Shown piece after piece: positions 1 to 15,147 of a DNA stretch of 64,000 nt. This DNA is from Ophelia neglecta (lineage: Eukaryota), in the NCBI GenBank assembly GCA_965285935.1, contig OZ260666.1:30318001-30382000 (forward strand). The letters are read 5' to 3'. Made by a program: the position numbers and the translations under genes. Position 1 is the stretch's first letter. Every line of letters starts with the position of its first letter. The notes beneath the pieces were generated by a model. It saw nothing but the letters and a program-made list of their open reading frames with translations. It made no database searches and was not told where the DNA came from.

Positions 1-271
1 TCCCCAAATTGAGATTAGGGAACATGGTCTCTGTTCTAAGGTCAAAATAAAAGCCAAGGCATGGGACTACATTGGGTCACCCTGTACAGTAAACATGGGA
101 TGCTCCACAAAAATGGGAAATGGGGCACCACATGGTGCATCATTTTTCATTATATGAGATACTTGCCTCTGATTGGCTAGCCAACTGGGGTGTACCTGCC
201 AGTATGCCATGGTTTGAATTTATATGTTTTGGCAACTTAAGTACGAGCTGCTTGTGATATAGGTGTATGGA

Positions 272-449
272 CATTGAAACCTGTAAATTAAGACCACCAA
301 CGGGACTGGAGAATACTGGTCTGATTTTGGAGGTGGTTTGTTAAGACCGGTTATTTAACCGTGAAATTATATAGCACAATCCTCATGTTGGTGGTCTGAA
401 TTGACAGGTGGTCTGATTATAGAGGTGGTCTTTAAGGCAGGTTTCACTG
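272..449. mobile_element. Small Tc1/mariner-pogo-like MITE (~178 bp)
   Basis: Termini CATTGAAACCTG (272-283) and CAGGTTTCACTG (438-449) are inverted repeats with 1 mismatch, extending to AAGACCACC/GGTGGTCTT. There are internal GGTGGTCT repeats, TA follows the right end, and the left flank is GA (decayed TA TSD). Confidence 0.6.
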
Positions 450-3400
450 TATATCATAAAACCATAACACTATGCTTGAACCCAGTACATGGTGGGCCTT
501 GATCAAGTAAAGGCATCTGCTTCAGGAAAAAAAAGTATGCTGGTGTTACTGCAGATTTTAAAAATTTGAACTTTTTTTGTAAATGGTCTGCTTAATGACT
601 ATTTGGGAAACACTCCAATACAGACAACACCATGTGAGTGAGGACAAGGAGCAAATCAATGGCGATCGAGCTGCTGCACATCTGAATGTGTCCCTATTAA
701 AGATTATCTAGTGAAGACCGTGTGCAGACAATATATACATATATTAGGCACCACTATGATCATCAATACACAAAACACAAAGACAAACTGTGCCTGGCAT
801 CCTACTTGTCTAGACATTAGCATGTACTAACCACAAACTGCCCTTAATTTATAGGGTAGAAAATGTCATTAATTTTTCCTACATGTATTATTAAGTTTCA
901 TGTAAATTGTAAAAACATCCACTTTGAAATTGGGGTGACATTAATTTGTTATCAATTATCAAGTCATATAACTGACAGAGAAAAAAATAACTTCAGCAAT
1001 TATTTTTGTCTTTTGGCCCAGAAGCTAGTGACCCCCCTCTAGGAAGCCATAATTACGTCTAGCAGCATGGTAGCAGTAGTAATGGGTATTACACATTAAA
1101 ACTTTTAAGTTAAGTTCAACCATTGTGAAATTACTCATGTAAACCATAAATATTAATCATAATATCCTGTGCAGATAATGCTTACCATATTCACTGCATA
1201 AATATTCATTTCCTGTGACATCCCTGCACTAACAACTGACCCCTATATATTTTTGTACTAAAGTACCATTCACCTGATTGGTTAATAATTGACCTGTTTT
1301 ATCCATAATAACACCTAACAGATAATTTAGACCTATATTATCCTGATTATAGTGAATTGAAATCCGGCATTCAAATGCATAAAAAGGGCAGTTCTCAGGG
1401 TAGGTAAGAGACAATGCAATAGGATCTCGACCTCATCATGATACCAGGCCATACATCTGACAGTTTATGATAGGTTCCTTGGAAAATCAATTGAAAATCA
1501 CTTTCCATGCCAAATCATTCAGATTTCCATTGCAGCACAATCGTTTCGTTTTTATCTCATGACTATTTTCTAATAGAATGTACATCAAGTACACTTACAG
1601 TTTACAGAAATTTCTCTGAAAATGTGCCAAATGCAGAGATATCAACCATTGCCCATTATCAAAGGATGATAACCCTTGTTTTTAAGTACCTTGTGCATGC
1701 GTATTTAGGTACTCTACCATGAGTATAGTATGGGAGGCCAAAATAGAAACTGTGCTGAGAGATATATCACGAAGTCTGATAATGAAGAAAGTAGGAAGGT
1801 GTTTGCTATCATTCTAGGTGAAGAACTACGTAGCATTCGGTGGTCTGGAAAATTATTCATCCTTTCTACTGCGGCACCAACTACAAAGCATTATCAACCT
1901 ATCAAATTCTGAATCACATATCTTGGGCTTAGAAGAAAAAAACTGTACAGATCAACTTCTTGTTTGTCTGCTGAGCACCAGGAGTTTGATAGCCAAGTTT
2001 TGTATCTGACAAACACTGAAATGCCATTATGGTAGATTTTGTCGAAACAATGGATTTACACTCATAATTGACAAGCGAGATTTGTTAGAAGGTGATACAG
2101 GGAGGACAACATTCACAATTTACACATGCATCATGGCTGACAAGTTGCCATCAGCAGAAGAAGTGCTTCAGACATGAAGACAAACATTCAATCTACCAAT
2201 GTGGTGGAAGCAAGTCTGCTTAGAGTTTTTTTCATTTTCCCCTTTGCTGTGTCTACAAACTCACTGAACTGAACTGCCAAAATCTTGCTACAATTATAAT
2301 GGATTCTCCTGTTCATAACGACGGCTTTGCTGTCATTTAACCCATGCATTCATTACCGCTCACGAACTGGGACATGATCATTTTCATGTATACTTTCTCC
2401 ATGGAAGTATTAACATAAATAGTGCTTGGATAATAATAGACGTGACAGAATTATGAACATTTATACAATAAAATGAATAGGTGCTGTTAAACGTGGTAAT
2501 CAATTTATGTCAGTGATAATTTATTGAAGAGATAAATTTGGTGCAAGTCCTTCCAAGCCATTGTTGAGAGTTAACACGATAGAGGAAAGATATATATGTA
2601 GATATATCTACGAGTCCTATAAGCTATGAACAGGATATTAAACGCCAGAAAATACATAAGGAATGCTGGTATGATCCTTGGGATGGCTATGTAGTTGGAC
2701 CCTCAACACTGGAGACAGAAACCAAGATGGTGGCCGCCATAAGACTGGCGGCAAACCTGGCCAGTGTCGGCCAGCCACAGCATCTCACATGAGAGCATGT
2801 GAGAAGGACAAGTACTGCTGCACCAAGGACCAACCCATGGCTAGGCAATAGGGAAAGGCTTAGGGAATAAAACATGGCAGGCAGCCATGATCCAGGCTGA
2901 AATGCTCCGGCTACACACTTCCAACGTAAACAGCCAGCCTCATTGTCAACACAGATTTATTACCTACTGCCTCAGCCTGTCATTGATGGGTCATGGTTAA
3001 TTAACTGTACTCCGTCTATCTTTATATTCATGGGTGATATTCTGCCTCATGATATTCTCCAACTTTCTGATACTGTCAACAGAAACATTACCAACTACCA
3101 CTTAGAAGTGTGCTCTAACCAAGTATACATGTAAAGTACCAGAATCAAATGCGTTAAGAACTCTTTGTAATTAGCACAAAAATTAAACACATAAATGCAA
3201 GCCATAAACTGTTCACTTAGTTTAAATAGTTTTTTTTCACAATTTTGCTAAATGATTATCACTCTAAGCAAACCTATCATACTGTTAATTGATTTATTGT
3301 GTTAGAGAATTTAAACAGATGAAAAGCCAATGTCTCCAATCTGTTGTAATAGTGCATGATGTAGGATAGTGACTGGAATATAGGCACAATTTACTTCACC

Positions 3401-6400
3401 CTACAATTAAAAAGTTTTATTCCCGATCAACTAAGATACCATTATAGATGTATGTCTCCACACATTACGAAGCAGCCACTGGGAGCAGCAGTCTACCATT
3501 AATATGATAATTGCGGTGCTCCATTCCTGCTGCCGGGCAGTAACATGAATTTAAATCTATATGATAAGCGGTGCATTTATGAAATCACAAAAGGTATCGT
3601 CATAAGTAGGGCAAAGTTTATCAACCCACTATAGCATAAGAAATGGCAATATATTTCCTAATGTCAAATTCACATTGATTTCTGATTTTACTACCATTGT
3701 GGGAGCCTCTTTTTACTTAATATATCACTAGTAGTCTCTCTCTCTCCTTGTTCATCCAATGACTAGCACTGGCTCAGGTGTGCTAACTATAATATAATTA
3801 GGGCAGTGACCTTGATCCAAGCAAGTAGGCAAGCTGTGTCCATAAAATTATTTCTAACTAACTATTCTTTTCCTGATAAAGTCTCATGTGAACAGACAGC
3901 AATAATTGACATGACAATATATGCCCAAATGATAATCTTTTTCATTTCTTCTGTAGCTCACCTGCTGTCCCAAAAGTGGATTTTGTGAGCATGTACATGT
4001 ATATTAATTCATATCACAGACATTATCTAGGTCAGCCTGGAGTTTATAGATCTACAATTTACAACTGTACATATTGTATTGAACTAGTAAATATCTATAT
4101 GGTGGAATGTAGAAAATATATACATGTATATATACCTATATATCTCGCAAAATCATTTTATTGGTTAAACAGCTGGTGTCTCCAATTGTTTGTTTAGCTC
4201 TGAATCTATCAATTAGAAGAAAGAATGGCTTTATAAGGCAACCAGGTAAAACCAGGTAGTGAACAAACTCACCATAATAAGCCACCGAGGCAGATGATGT
4301 AAGCTGGTTGCAAACCTGACATTACAATAGGCTAGCTGAAGAGGAATGCGATGTAACACAACAGAAACATGCTCAGTATCCTTCAAGTACAGTTTAACAA
4401 TTGTGCCACCAAATTTGTCATAAAAAAACGGACCAGATAAACGAACAAGTTTTGTAGCATGAAATTTTTGGCTACAAGTATAAAGCTCAATTAGGCATTA
4501 AAGGTAGATAAAGAATAAATGATTCTTAATTTTCACAGCTTTCGTCCTGCAAAATATACGGAAAATGAAGTGCATGGAAAAAGGTGTGATTGTTTTATAT
4601 TGCATGGTTTATATGGTTTTGATTGGACACCAGTTCAAGTCCTTTGCAAGCTGTGAACAGGTTGCCTAAGGGCCAGCCAGCATTTCCATTAGTAAAACTT
4701 ATCACCAGCAGAAAATCTGTTTGTAAAATGTGCCAGCACATGAAATGGGCAAATTATACAAGAGGCACATTCATTATGGTGTGAGATTGGAGAAATCCCC
4801 TATCATCTCCAGGTAGGATTCCCGTGTCATAATAATCACTGTTCTTGAAATGTGTATGATTATACAGGCTCAAAATGCCATTACTATATAATCATAGTTG
4901 GAGGCCATAAAAGTTAGCTTAGAACACTGGGCAGACCTGGATGATGATGCTAATAATTCTGCTTCAATGCTTGACTGCCCACAATGTGCTGAAATTTGCA
5001 TCATTTTATTCTCCTGCTTACTAGAAAAGTATCACTTGGACTCGGCACATATAATAGAAAATGGAAATATGCTTCCTCCCTCTGTTGAGATCTGAGTTTA
5101 CAATTGATTGAGTCTTATACAGTTAAGATATTATTTACAAATCAAGAGCCATCAGCATTGCATGTACATGTAGGAGGGTGAACATTTCATAAGTTAGAAT
5201 GGGCTAAATCTTACTCAGAAGTTACTCAACACATCTCAAATCCCAATGTTATGTAAACTGATTTTGGAATAAAAGGGTAAGATAACCCTGTGTTTACAAG
5301 GTTTCTTGCTCGCATCATATGTGTATTTACCCTTGGGTTATCATTCAATTTTCTTGAGGTTCCTCAAGGTAGTTTGGTTTCAGATAAGTTGACTTTATAT
5401 CTGCCAAAAAGCCACAATTTTGTGATGTGTCAGCTTATTTTCCCCCAGGTTATAACACCATCTGAGCTAATTGTGTTGACTTGCCTTTATCACAAATGAA
5501 GCAGGCATCCAAATATCAAATTGACAAATCAAAAATGCTACTTCCTATAGTGTGAGGTTCAGCTGTCACAGTTTGTTGAAAGCATATAGGAAATCATAAG
5601 CTGCACGTCCAAGGACGCCAAGGGGCCAATGGTTTTCTTGTCAATCTCAAACCGGAATGAAATTTGGAAAAAGTTGTTGCATTTAAGTTAATTTCATGTA
5701 CAATTAAGAAAAAGAAATAGAAACCCTCCTCATTTTGTATATGGACCATGTTTTTATTTAGAAAGTTGTTTTTTCCTTGGAGGGATGCATAAATTATCAA
5801 AGGTTTTTACAGTTACAACTATATATACATGTATATTATAAAGAGCATGTAAGAAATGATGTACTGCTATTGGAATACTTTTGTCAGATTTGACCTTGAC
5901 CTATTTGTTTTAGATCAAACAAGACTGGCTCTTACTATCAAATTTGATACTTTGCATTTCTGAAAAGCCTTGAAAAAAACGTTTCATTAAATTTGTCAAT
6001 ATTCTATCATGCCTTTAAAATATATTTGAATGCCGCATTGACATTTACATTTAAATTTAAGTTCATTGGATATTTGAAAACTCTCTAAATGGCAAAGTGC
6101 ATAATAAACAAGTGTTCTTGGAGAAGTAAATTGCGAGGCAATTGCCTGCTGGGACTACTCTGCCATTGTCTGGCTTGGGAAATTCATGAAATTTCCAATA
6201 TACTGAGAATGGTAAATCACTTAACTTGCCAACAATTTAACACTGTAAGTTTAGCAAACCAATTGGAATCAATGGAACCTAACACAGTTATAAGACCTGT
6301 TTACTCCTCATGTAGCAGTTGTTTCTGTTACTTGTTACTAATATCAACTAGGGCAATACACTTGAATTTTCTAATGTAATTCTTTCAACACACTATATAT

Positions 6401-9400
6401 CCAATCATCAAGTGAAGTCAAATACCAGGTATTTGTTTCATTAAACTTAATTTCTAAATTTTTTTAGCTCTCCAAGGCACAAATATGTATAATTCAGCCA
6501 TAAAATTTTCACCGTGGTTCATATGGGTGATAGTGTATTCACATCTAAAATTCTCACATTAGGCAACTAAAGATATTCATGTGATAGAGTCTTGACAATT
6601 ATGTAAAAAAAAATTTCGAGTTCTTAAAAGCATTTCTGTGGAAAACAATTTCTTCAGGCCTAACCATAGCCAGCTACAACATTTCAAATGGCGGATGTGG
6701 TGTTAGCATGAGACCGAGGCTATTCTGTATTATCACACATTTTTCTTGGGGAAAGGTGAGTGGATAGTGTATTTGCAAAAAAAGGTTTTAGCTGGCAGAG
6801 GTTCAAATGCCTTTGTCTTTTTTCATAGACTAGGTACAAGGCCCTGGTACTTAGTATATGGCAACTTTCCTTGACTAGGTACATCTTTATGGGGGGTATC
6901 TGTATGTAAGCCCCAATTTTTATGGTCAATTGACTATTACAGAAAATATTGAAAAGCAATTACAATAGCTTATTGCTGGAATAAAGCCTCTTGATGCTAG
7001 CATAATAAGAGGGTTAAGAACCCCTGTTGGACTGATCTCAGATGAAATCCTACAGATAAGCCAACTCGATTGGTTTCATACAATTTTTAATCTTTGTTGA
7101 CTTTCCTTTCATTTCCTAACACATTCTTGCTAAATGGGATAAGCTCTGCCTGTCAGATTTTAAATGCTATGTAATTATTTTTAAGCCTGGTTTGTTTGTT
7201 ACATAGATATACAAAACAGGAGTTCTTGACTGTACAGGGAGAGTTCATTTAATGAATCAAAATCTACCACAGCTACATAAATGTGATTAAAGATTACATG
7301 AACAACCTGTAAAGCAAACTTTTGACTTTGCAGCAATTTAGTAGGCCTTGCAGTATGTAAATGTTCCTTTTAAATCAGTAGAAACATAATAAATAACACC
7401 AAAAATTGGTCTTATATAAGGGTGGTCTCTCATTGGTGTCGGAAAGGGATATCCATGAACGCATACTCAACAGCGGACACTTGAACTCAAACAGGACATC
7501 CAAGCTTAAAAATTGTGATGAAAAACACTTTATAAATTCATTAGACATGTGCATGTACACATTCCACAAAAACTTTCATTTTCAATGACCTGCAAGTTTC
7601 TGTTATTTAGGCATGATAAATTTTTCTTAACAAAATCTTTGGCAGATTTCTGCATCACTGCTGTTTGTTTAAGAATGTCTGCTTTGAGAACTTTGAAAGT
7701 AATTACACTTATAAAATAATGAAACCTCTTGTCTATTATTTTCAAGAAACATCAGGCCTTACGACCAACAGTCTGCTATCAATTTTGCAGTATAACAGCT
7801 AATATCTTATACTTTTTTTTTATTCAATATGGCACTTAATGTTTCAAAAAATGTATTAAAATTGAAAACATAAAGCCAAATTCAAGATGATGAGGTTGGT
7901 GATGGAATGTTGAGGTGTACAGAAGTAGGGGTGCGTTGGGGGAGAGGATGATGGGGGTTAAGTTTATAAGGCATATTAATCTTTAACATCCAGTGCAGGC
8001 GGGCCTGGGGCGGGGTAGAGAAGGGGGTGCAAGGACAAAGGACGATGGCTGGCGAGTGTTGGGGGAGGGTATATTGCCGAGGAAACAATGGTTCTTGCCA
8101 AAGAAAAACACAATAGTTGGGGATTTTTATTCCATTTTGAGCCCAAAGCATTCAAAGCAATGACAACATACCAACTGCATGTAAATCACTATTATTTCTA
8201 CCCATGTCCGTTATGCACCCAAGTTCTTGGAAAAATATCTAACCATGCATTTTTTTTACTCTAGCATGCGCCCTTTTATCACTATAAGCACACCCCCCTC
8301 CCAGTGGCTCCATCTAGGATTTTGAGCACTATATGTTTTCTCTAACATGTTGCTCTCACCTACAGTGGTGATATTAAATACCCGCCAGAGCCACTCAAAT
8401 GGACAAACTCCTTGAATAAATTTCCAATCTGCATAATCTGTACCATACGACCTTAACATTTCATGAAGCGATATGTAATAAGAAGTAATTTTTTAGCAGT
8501 CTGTGCCATGGTGGCATGGGAGTTTCACCAATCCACCTATCTTAGAACCTAAACTGCTGTTTATTTTATTCTCTCTGTCAATATTACACTCTCTGCAAGT
8601 TAACTGGTGTAATACACTATATGCAAAGGCCAATTTGTGTATCTTATGAATTAAGACTGAAGAATGAAAAGTGAACCTCTGTACCAAAATAAATATTGTT
8701 AAAGGATTACCCATATATATTTTGCATATCAATGACCAGATCTTTTAATCCTAATATTGGTTGATTTGCTATACACTGTTTACTATACCTGTATATTAGG
8801 TACATCATAATAAACCTGATTGTATAATCCATTCATAATCACCAAAGCTTATTCTAATGCAAGGTGCATAATTAAACATAGCAACTGTAAATACTGTTTT
8901 AACTATTACAGGATGGCCGTACGATTCAAAAACAACAAGAAGACCAAATATAATTACTCGTTGTTATTATGATTATATACTTTTGGGAATGGGAGAAAAA
9001 AGTGTCCAGGTATAATCCAGGCCAAACAGACTCCTTGTACAAGTACATCACTTCATGGTGATATTTAAGTAACCACATCTGTCAGGCAAATCCTGCATCA
9101 TAATGACATCAAAACCATTGAAAGGCCATTTACCCTGCTTGACCTTGAATAGAGGTCAAGGTCAAATCAATTAAACCAATAGATTCAAATTCCTATTAGC
9201 AGCTATGAGTAAAAATAAATAGGCCTGACTGTGTTATCATGGGCAATAACGCTGGACCTTTTACATGGCGATCAATCTAGACCATTTACAAGGCAAAGAC
9301 CCTCTATGTATAGTGCAAGGGGACCCCAATGTACTCCAGGAAAATCATTGATAATTGTTCAATGTGATTTTTAAACAAGAAGTCAAGCACAAAATTAAGG

Positions 9401-9536
9401 TCACCAGTACACTCCTTATAATCAACTTCCTATTAGTAGACAATACACCTGATAGTTCTACCTTGCCTTGTTAAAAATCACAAGCCATTTCTCAATATAA
9501 AGAAAGAGGTAAAAGTCAAATTCAATGTTTCTATTA

Positions 9537-9860
9537 TAGTCCGGGAGTCAAATGCCGATATTTAGCTGAACCTGGAAATGCCGGATGAACTTTTTTTTTC
9601 TGCTGTTTTCAATAATCTTGGGGGTCCTCATCAAGATCAAAGAGGGTGCCCGGTGATATCCCTTGAGCATTTCTCTATATATGCTAATTAAGTCCGCCAT
9701 TACTGAAAATCCGTTATTTGGCCATATGTCAATTAGTATGCATCTTACCATGATGAAATTGGTGTCTATACCCAGGTTATCAGGGTCTACGAACATGATA
9801 AACCGATCATTCCAGGAATAAAATGTTTAGGACATATGCAACTTATGCAAATGAGGTCGG
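9537..9860 (+). repeat. Left imperfect terminal inverted repeat of the Academ element
   Basis: Shares blocks such as GGAAATGCCGGATGAA, GGGTGCCCGGTGATATCCCTTGAGCATTTC and ATATGCTAATTAAGTCCGCCATTACTGAAA with the reverse complement of the right end. The inner boundary is approximate. Confidence 0.85.
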
Positions 9861-10573
9861 CCGTTACCGAATTTCCGGTTTTTTTTGTAATTATATTTAA
9901 GTTCTTTGTATTTCAGTTCATGTGCTGCCATATTTTAGTTGCTTGATATACTAATTTATCATATGCCTAACAAGTATCCTTGTCACTGATGAATATAAAC
10001 CTGTCGCGGGCTGAGCGCAATACTGTTCTATCTGCATTTTTTTCATAACAATTTTATTTATGAAAAGTTGTATACATAACTAACTCATGACTAGATTTGT
10101 TAAAGATGTATTTGCATACGATTAATATTTTCTGAATTATGAGAAAAATAGTAACAATTTCAATGCCATAATATTATATGTGCATTTTCGGACCATTGGC
10201 AATTATTTGTTGTCAGCGCAATACTAGTGTATCTGATAAAATTCAACCAATCAGAAGCCAGGATTTGAATAATAGAACAGTATTGCGCTGAGACTTTGTG
10301 AAACCATATTGGTTTATGTGAACTTTCTGCCAAACCATCACTTTTACTGGAAATGTGAATGCATGGCAAGATCATGGCAAAATATAAACATTGCATAAAA
10401 AAATCAAAATCAGAATGTTTGTCATAATGAAAAAAAATAGTTTTCTGGCCCTCCTGAAAAATTGTGCAAAATGCAGCTAGAACAGTAATGCGCTCAACCC
10501 TCGCTGTATTCACCAGATGAAATCCACATTATTCAGTTCATTTGAATCGAAGGTTGGAGAGGAATCCTTTAAA

Positions 10574-10617
10574 TGACGTCATAACACATTATGACGTCAT
10601 AACCTATTGTGACGTCA
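10574..10617. promoter_or_regulatory. Three CRE/ATF palindromes (TGACGTCA) at 18-bp spacing upstream of the transposase
   Basis: TGACGTCA at 10574, 10592 and 10610, 150-200 bp before the ATG at 10769. Function is inferred. Confidence 0.55.
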
Positions 10618-10768
10618 TTATATAGTTTTCAACAACTGCAGTTTTAAAATATACAAATGATCAAAATACTTTAAAAGTGTAATGGACTATTTGTTACTCA
10701 TTCAAGAAAATATTGTTATAATCAACTGGAAGCCTTGGTAAGTCCATTATTCTTCCACGTTGTTAATC

Positions 10769-13700
10769 ATGGAGCCTGATCCTGAAGAATGTTTCTTCAA
10801 TTGGAAGTTCAACTGCCAGCACAAGAAGGAATCTTTCATTGCTGCAACAGCTGTCCGTATAACAAACATAATACGCTGTAGCAAGTTATATGGTGATGAT
10901 AAACATTTTGAGCTTCAGAATGCATTAGACAAGAACACAGAAATAACTTTAAAATGTCACAAAAGCTGTGTATCATCCTACACTTCAAAGTCCCATACTG
11001 AACGCCACAAACGTCATAGGAGCGATGATCAAACTGAATTCACTCATCAAAAGGTAACTAGGCGTTCCTTGTCAACTGACAGGGCCAAAACATTCCAATT
11101 TCGAGAGCACTGTGTCTTTTGTGGTGATGAGTGTATAGTTGAGAAGGACAAGAAGAACCCTTCCAGATGGAGGGCTGCATTCTTGTTTCGAGAGATTGAC
11201 AAAAAACGGTACATATTAGAATTCTGTGAAAAGAGAAACGATAATGTTGCCGAAATTGTGCGCCGCCGTGTCTCGGCTGCGCTGAGTGACCTGCATGCTG
11301 AAGATGCCCGGTACCACCTTGACTGTCGGAAGAGATTCTTCTCCTCTAGGTCACTACCTGGGGAGACTGTGAGTCAAAAAGGTAGCACGGAAAAAAGTGC
11401 TGACCCAGCCCTTGAATCTGTTGTTGATATCCTGAGTAATGACAGATCAAGAATGTGGAATTCCGTTGAACTTTTCGAAGCCTACATAGACTTTGATGGA
11501 GACAAGACACTTTGCCGCAAAACTCTCGTGTCCAAACTTCAAGTTAGATTCGGAAATGAACTTCTTGTGTTGTCATCGCCTGGCATTGCGAGTATAATAG
11601 CTTTGCGCAGTTTTGCCGCGCAGACACTCCGGCTTGTCAATGATGAGGATGATGAAGTGGAAATAATAGCAACAAGAGCTAGCAAGAAAATTGTCCAGGA
11701 GGTTACCGGTATCAACATGGACAAGAAACATTATGACATAAGCATCAATACGAACATTGTAAAAGAATCGATCAGTAAATTCCTATTACTGTTGTTATCA
11801 AAGGTGTCCCCAAAGCTTGATAATACCTTGCCTGCATTGCTTATAGGTTCAATCATAACAAGTGTTGTAAAAAATCATGCCACCAGTTTGCAGGTAGATA
11901 TTGCAGGAAAAATGGGCGAATCCAAAAAGCTTATCAATAGTTTGTATTCGTACAAGGTTACGTGTTCTTACAGCGAGTTCCGACGTTTCAAAAAGTCATG
12001 TGCACGTGCGGCTGTCGAAGACATCAAGTTGTCAGGGATATCTAAAGCTGATCATGGTTTAGTCCAGGTCATTGTTGACAATTTCGATGCTGACATAAGC
12101 TCACAGAATGGGAAGCAATCAATCCACTCACTGGCTGTCCTCCTGACACAATCACAGACAATCACAGTGCAGGAAGGGACTCCTGAAAATGACAAGATCC
12201 AACGAATCCACAAGGATGACATGTCCAAGGAAGTCCCTTATGATGTGAACATTCATCGCTACCAAGGGGTGAAACAACCGGCAATGCCGCAGGAGGGAGC
12301 TACTAAGGCAGTCTTCTCTCTCAAAGCACTAGCACATCAGGCCATCGTAATGAAGAGAGCATCCGAGATGGATTTCGGATTTATGCAAGATGTCCTGAGG
12401 AATGAAGATTGTCCAGAGTTTCACGGCTACAACACCAAAGAAAGTAGAGACAAAGGCCACAAGGAGGATGTCAAGACAAGGGCTGTATACGTACCACTTA
12501 TTGACATGAAAACGTCGGACCCCGATACTATGATGACGGCGATGGTGAGGGCGCAGGAACTAACATTTGCTACTGGTCAAAGTTTCACAATTCTGACTTG
12601 TGACCAACAGCTCTACAGGGTTGCAGTACAAGTCCTTTGGGCGCATCCTGACAGGTTCAACGATATGTACTTGCGACTTGGGGGCATGCATGCTCTCATT
12701 AGTTTTGTAGGAGCTATAGGCACACTAATGGCTGACAGTGGGTTGTCTGATGTTTTGACGGAAGTGTTTGGAGGTGTCCAAAAGATGCTGAGTGGAAAGA
12801 AGTTTCCACAAAACGTGCGTGCACTCCGGCTGCTTGCTGAAGAGGTTCTGCGGAGCATTATCACGGATAATGAATTCGAGAAAGCTGATGATTTGATGAA
12901 AGCTTTGGAGGAGAGAGCAAGGCAAAGCAAGACAGTGAAACTGTGGGTTGATGTCTTAATAAAGCCAGTGTTTCTTATGATGTCTTACGTTAGGGCAGAA
13001 CGTGAGGGTGACTGACTTCTCCACCTTGCCACATTCAAGCAAATGCTCTCGTACTACTTCGCTTCCAGTCATGTTCACTACGCTAGGTATGGACTATACT
13101 ATCTCCGCACTATGGAGAAACTCCCGCCTCATGTTTTGAGCCATTTCATGCAAGGAGAGCATGTGACTCGTCACGTTCGAGGCATTTGGAATGGGATTTG
13201 GAGTGACCAATTCATAGAGTCCACCTTTATGAGGTATGGTCATGGTTCTGGAGGAATCATAGGAATCACACTATAGGAAGAAACTCTGAAGGTTTGGGCA
13301 CTTAGCCGTCATTTATGCTGCAAGATTGAATCCGAACTGGAAGAGATGGAGGAGGGTGAGACACTACACACCAGTCACCTCTGCCATAAAGAAGAAGGTA
13401 AAGCTCGAATTCAAGCTGATGGCAAAGATAGGGCTGGGATCCGTCAGAAGTTGGAAGCATATATCGATCCATTAGACCCAAAGGAACATCCGGATGGAAT
13501 AGTGAACATTGCCAGTGGCAGGGTTACTATACCTGCAGTGAATGTGCACGATGCAATATCCATTGGAGAAACGATGCTTGCGAGCTTTGAGAAGGACTTG
13601 CCCAGTGGCTTCTACAACACCATATCAAAACAGGTTACATATATGGCCACAGTGGACAAATCTCAACAGGTTGACACAAAAGCATATGATCTCAATTCGA

Positions 13701-15147
13701 TATTTGCTAGGGTTATTGCCTTGCTGGCAAGTGACCGCGACGTAGACATAAACGATGTCCTTTCTTATGAACTTGCCCCAATGCCAACCTCAATGTTCAA
13801 TAAAGATGGGATGCGAATTGCAAAAGGCAAATCAGCTCTGAAGAAGTCCCTGCAAGTGGAGGTGTCCAGCAGGAATGCTGGAGATGCAGACGTAACCGTG
13901 ATCGATGGTTCAGCGCTATTATGGACAATTCATTGGCCGGCCGATGGTACTGTGACAGATTATGTCGGCAACGTCAAGAAACGAGTTGCCTCATACCTTG
14001 TGAAAGTGACGTCTATCTGATATTCGATAGATACAATGAGTACAGTACAAAATCTGTCACAAGGGATGGCAGGGAGAGTGGCGTCAGCCGCATACATCAC
14101 TTGGGGCTGACAACAAAACTACCTGCCCAAAAGGTTGTCTTGTCAAATGTTGAGAACAAAAAACAGTTGATTAGGATCATCTGTAGGGATCTAACTGACG
14201 ATAGATTGTTCCACAACCGCAGCACTGAGAAACACAAGTTAGTTGTCACTGGAGAAGACCCATGCCCCACTGAAATCAAGAATGAAGACATCAGGGTCAG
14301 ATATGATCTGGAGACGTATCACGAAGAAGCCGATATCATTATTGTGCAGCAGGCCTTGAAGGGTGCCAGTGAAGCCAGGAGACTTGCTGTGGTATCAGAT
14401 GACACAGATGTGTTTGTCCTGTTGGTCCACCACTATGAGGAGGCAAAGCTGAACCTACCAATGACGATGGAATCACCTAGTAAAGGGAGGGCAGTGATAG
14501 ACATACAGCAGACAGTCAAAAAGCATCGCGACATCGTGAAGCACCTCCTTCCTGCACATGCCATTTCTGGTTGCGACACTGTGGCATGTTGCTTTGGAGT
14601 TGGAAAGGGCTCTGTTGTCAAATCGCTGAGGGCTGGATATAACCTAAACACTGTTGGGATCGTAGATGCATCCTTCAATGATGTTATACACCAAGCTACC
14701 GCTTTCATGTCTGCCTGTTATGGTGTGAAGGACGCAACAGACATGTCACAAACCAGGCTGTATGTATGGGGGAAAAAGAATGGAAAAGGGCATACAACCA
14801 CACCGAGCCTGTCTGCCCTTCCACCTACGAGAGAGGCATTTGCAGAGAACGTGAAGAGGGCTCATTATCAAGCAATCCTGTGGCGTACTCTCGACACAAA
14901 AGATTTACCAGAACTGAACACGGAGGACTACGGATGGAAAAAAGATATCAGAAACAAGTCACTGACACCATCTGCCATTCCGGATGGTGTTAAGCTTGCC
15001 CCTGATTACATCATGCAGATGATCCGATGTGGCTGCAAGAGCAACAACCCTTGCAGTTCAAAGAGGTGTAGTTGCACAGCCGGTCATGGCTCAGAGTGTA
15101 CTATCTTTTGTGCATGTTACTCAATAGGATGCGCTAGAGTAAAGTAG
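10769..15147 (+). pseudogene. Disrupted Academ transposase - XPG/FEN1-like (PIN-fold) nuclease - Cys-rich zinc-finger protein (~1459 aa if repaired)
   Basis: ORFs 10760, 13043 and 13346 share one frame, separated by single stops (TGA 13013-15 in GD*LLHL; TAG 13274-76). A 1-bp deletion near 14000 shifts into ORF 13921. Transposase-like acidic motifs: VDNFD, TCDQQLY, LGGMH, SDQFIE. XPG/FEN1-like motifs: VIDGSAL, LIFDRY, HEEAD, SDDTDVF, SGCDT..FGVGK. C-terminus CGCKSNNPCSSKRCSC...CTIFCAC. Confidence 0.88.

Noticed and set aside
2583-2940. GC-richer patch with an open stretch (ECWYDPWDGY...)
   Set aside because: No recognisable domain, start or convincing splice sites.
11539-14993. Short alternative-frame and antisense ORFs inside the transposon
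   Set aside because: Shadows of the transposase reading frame.
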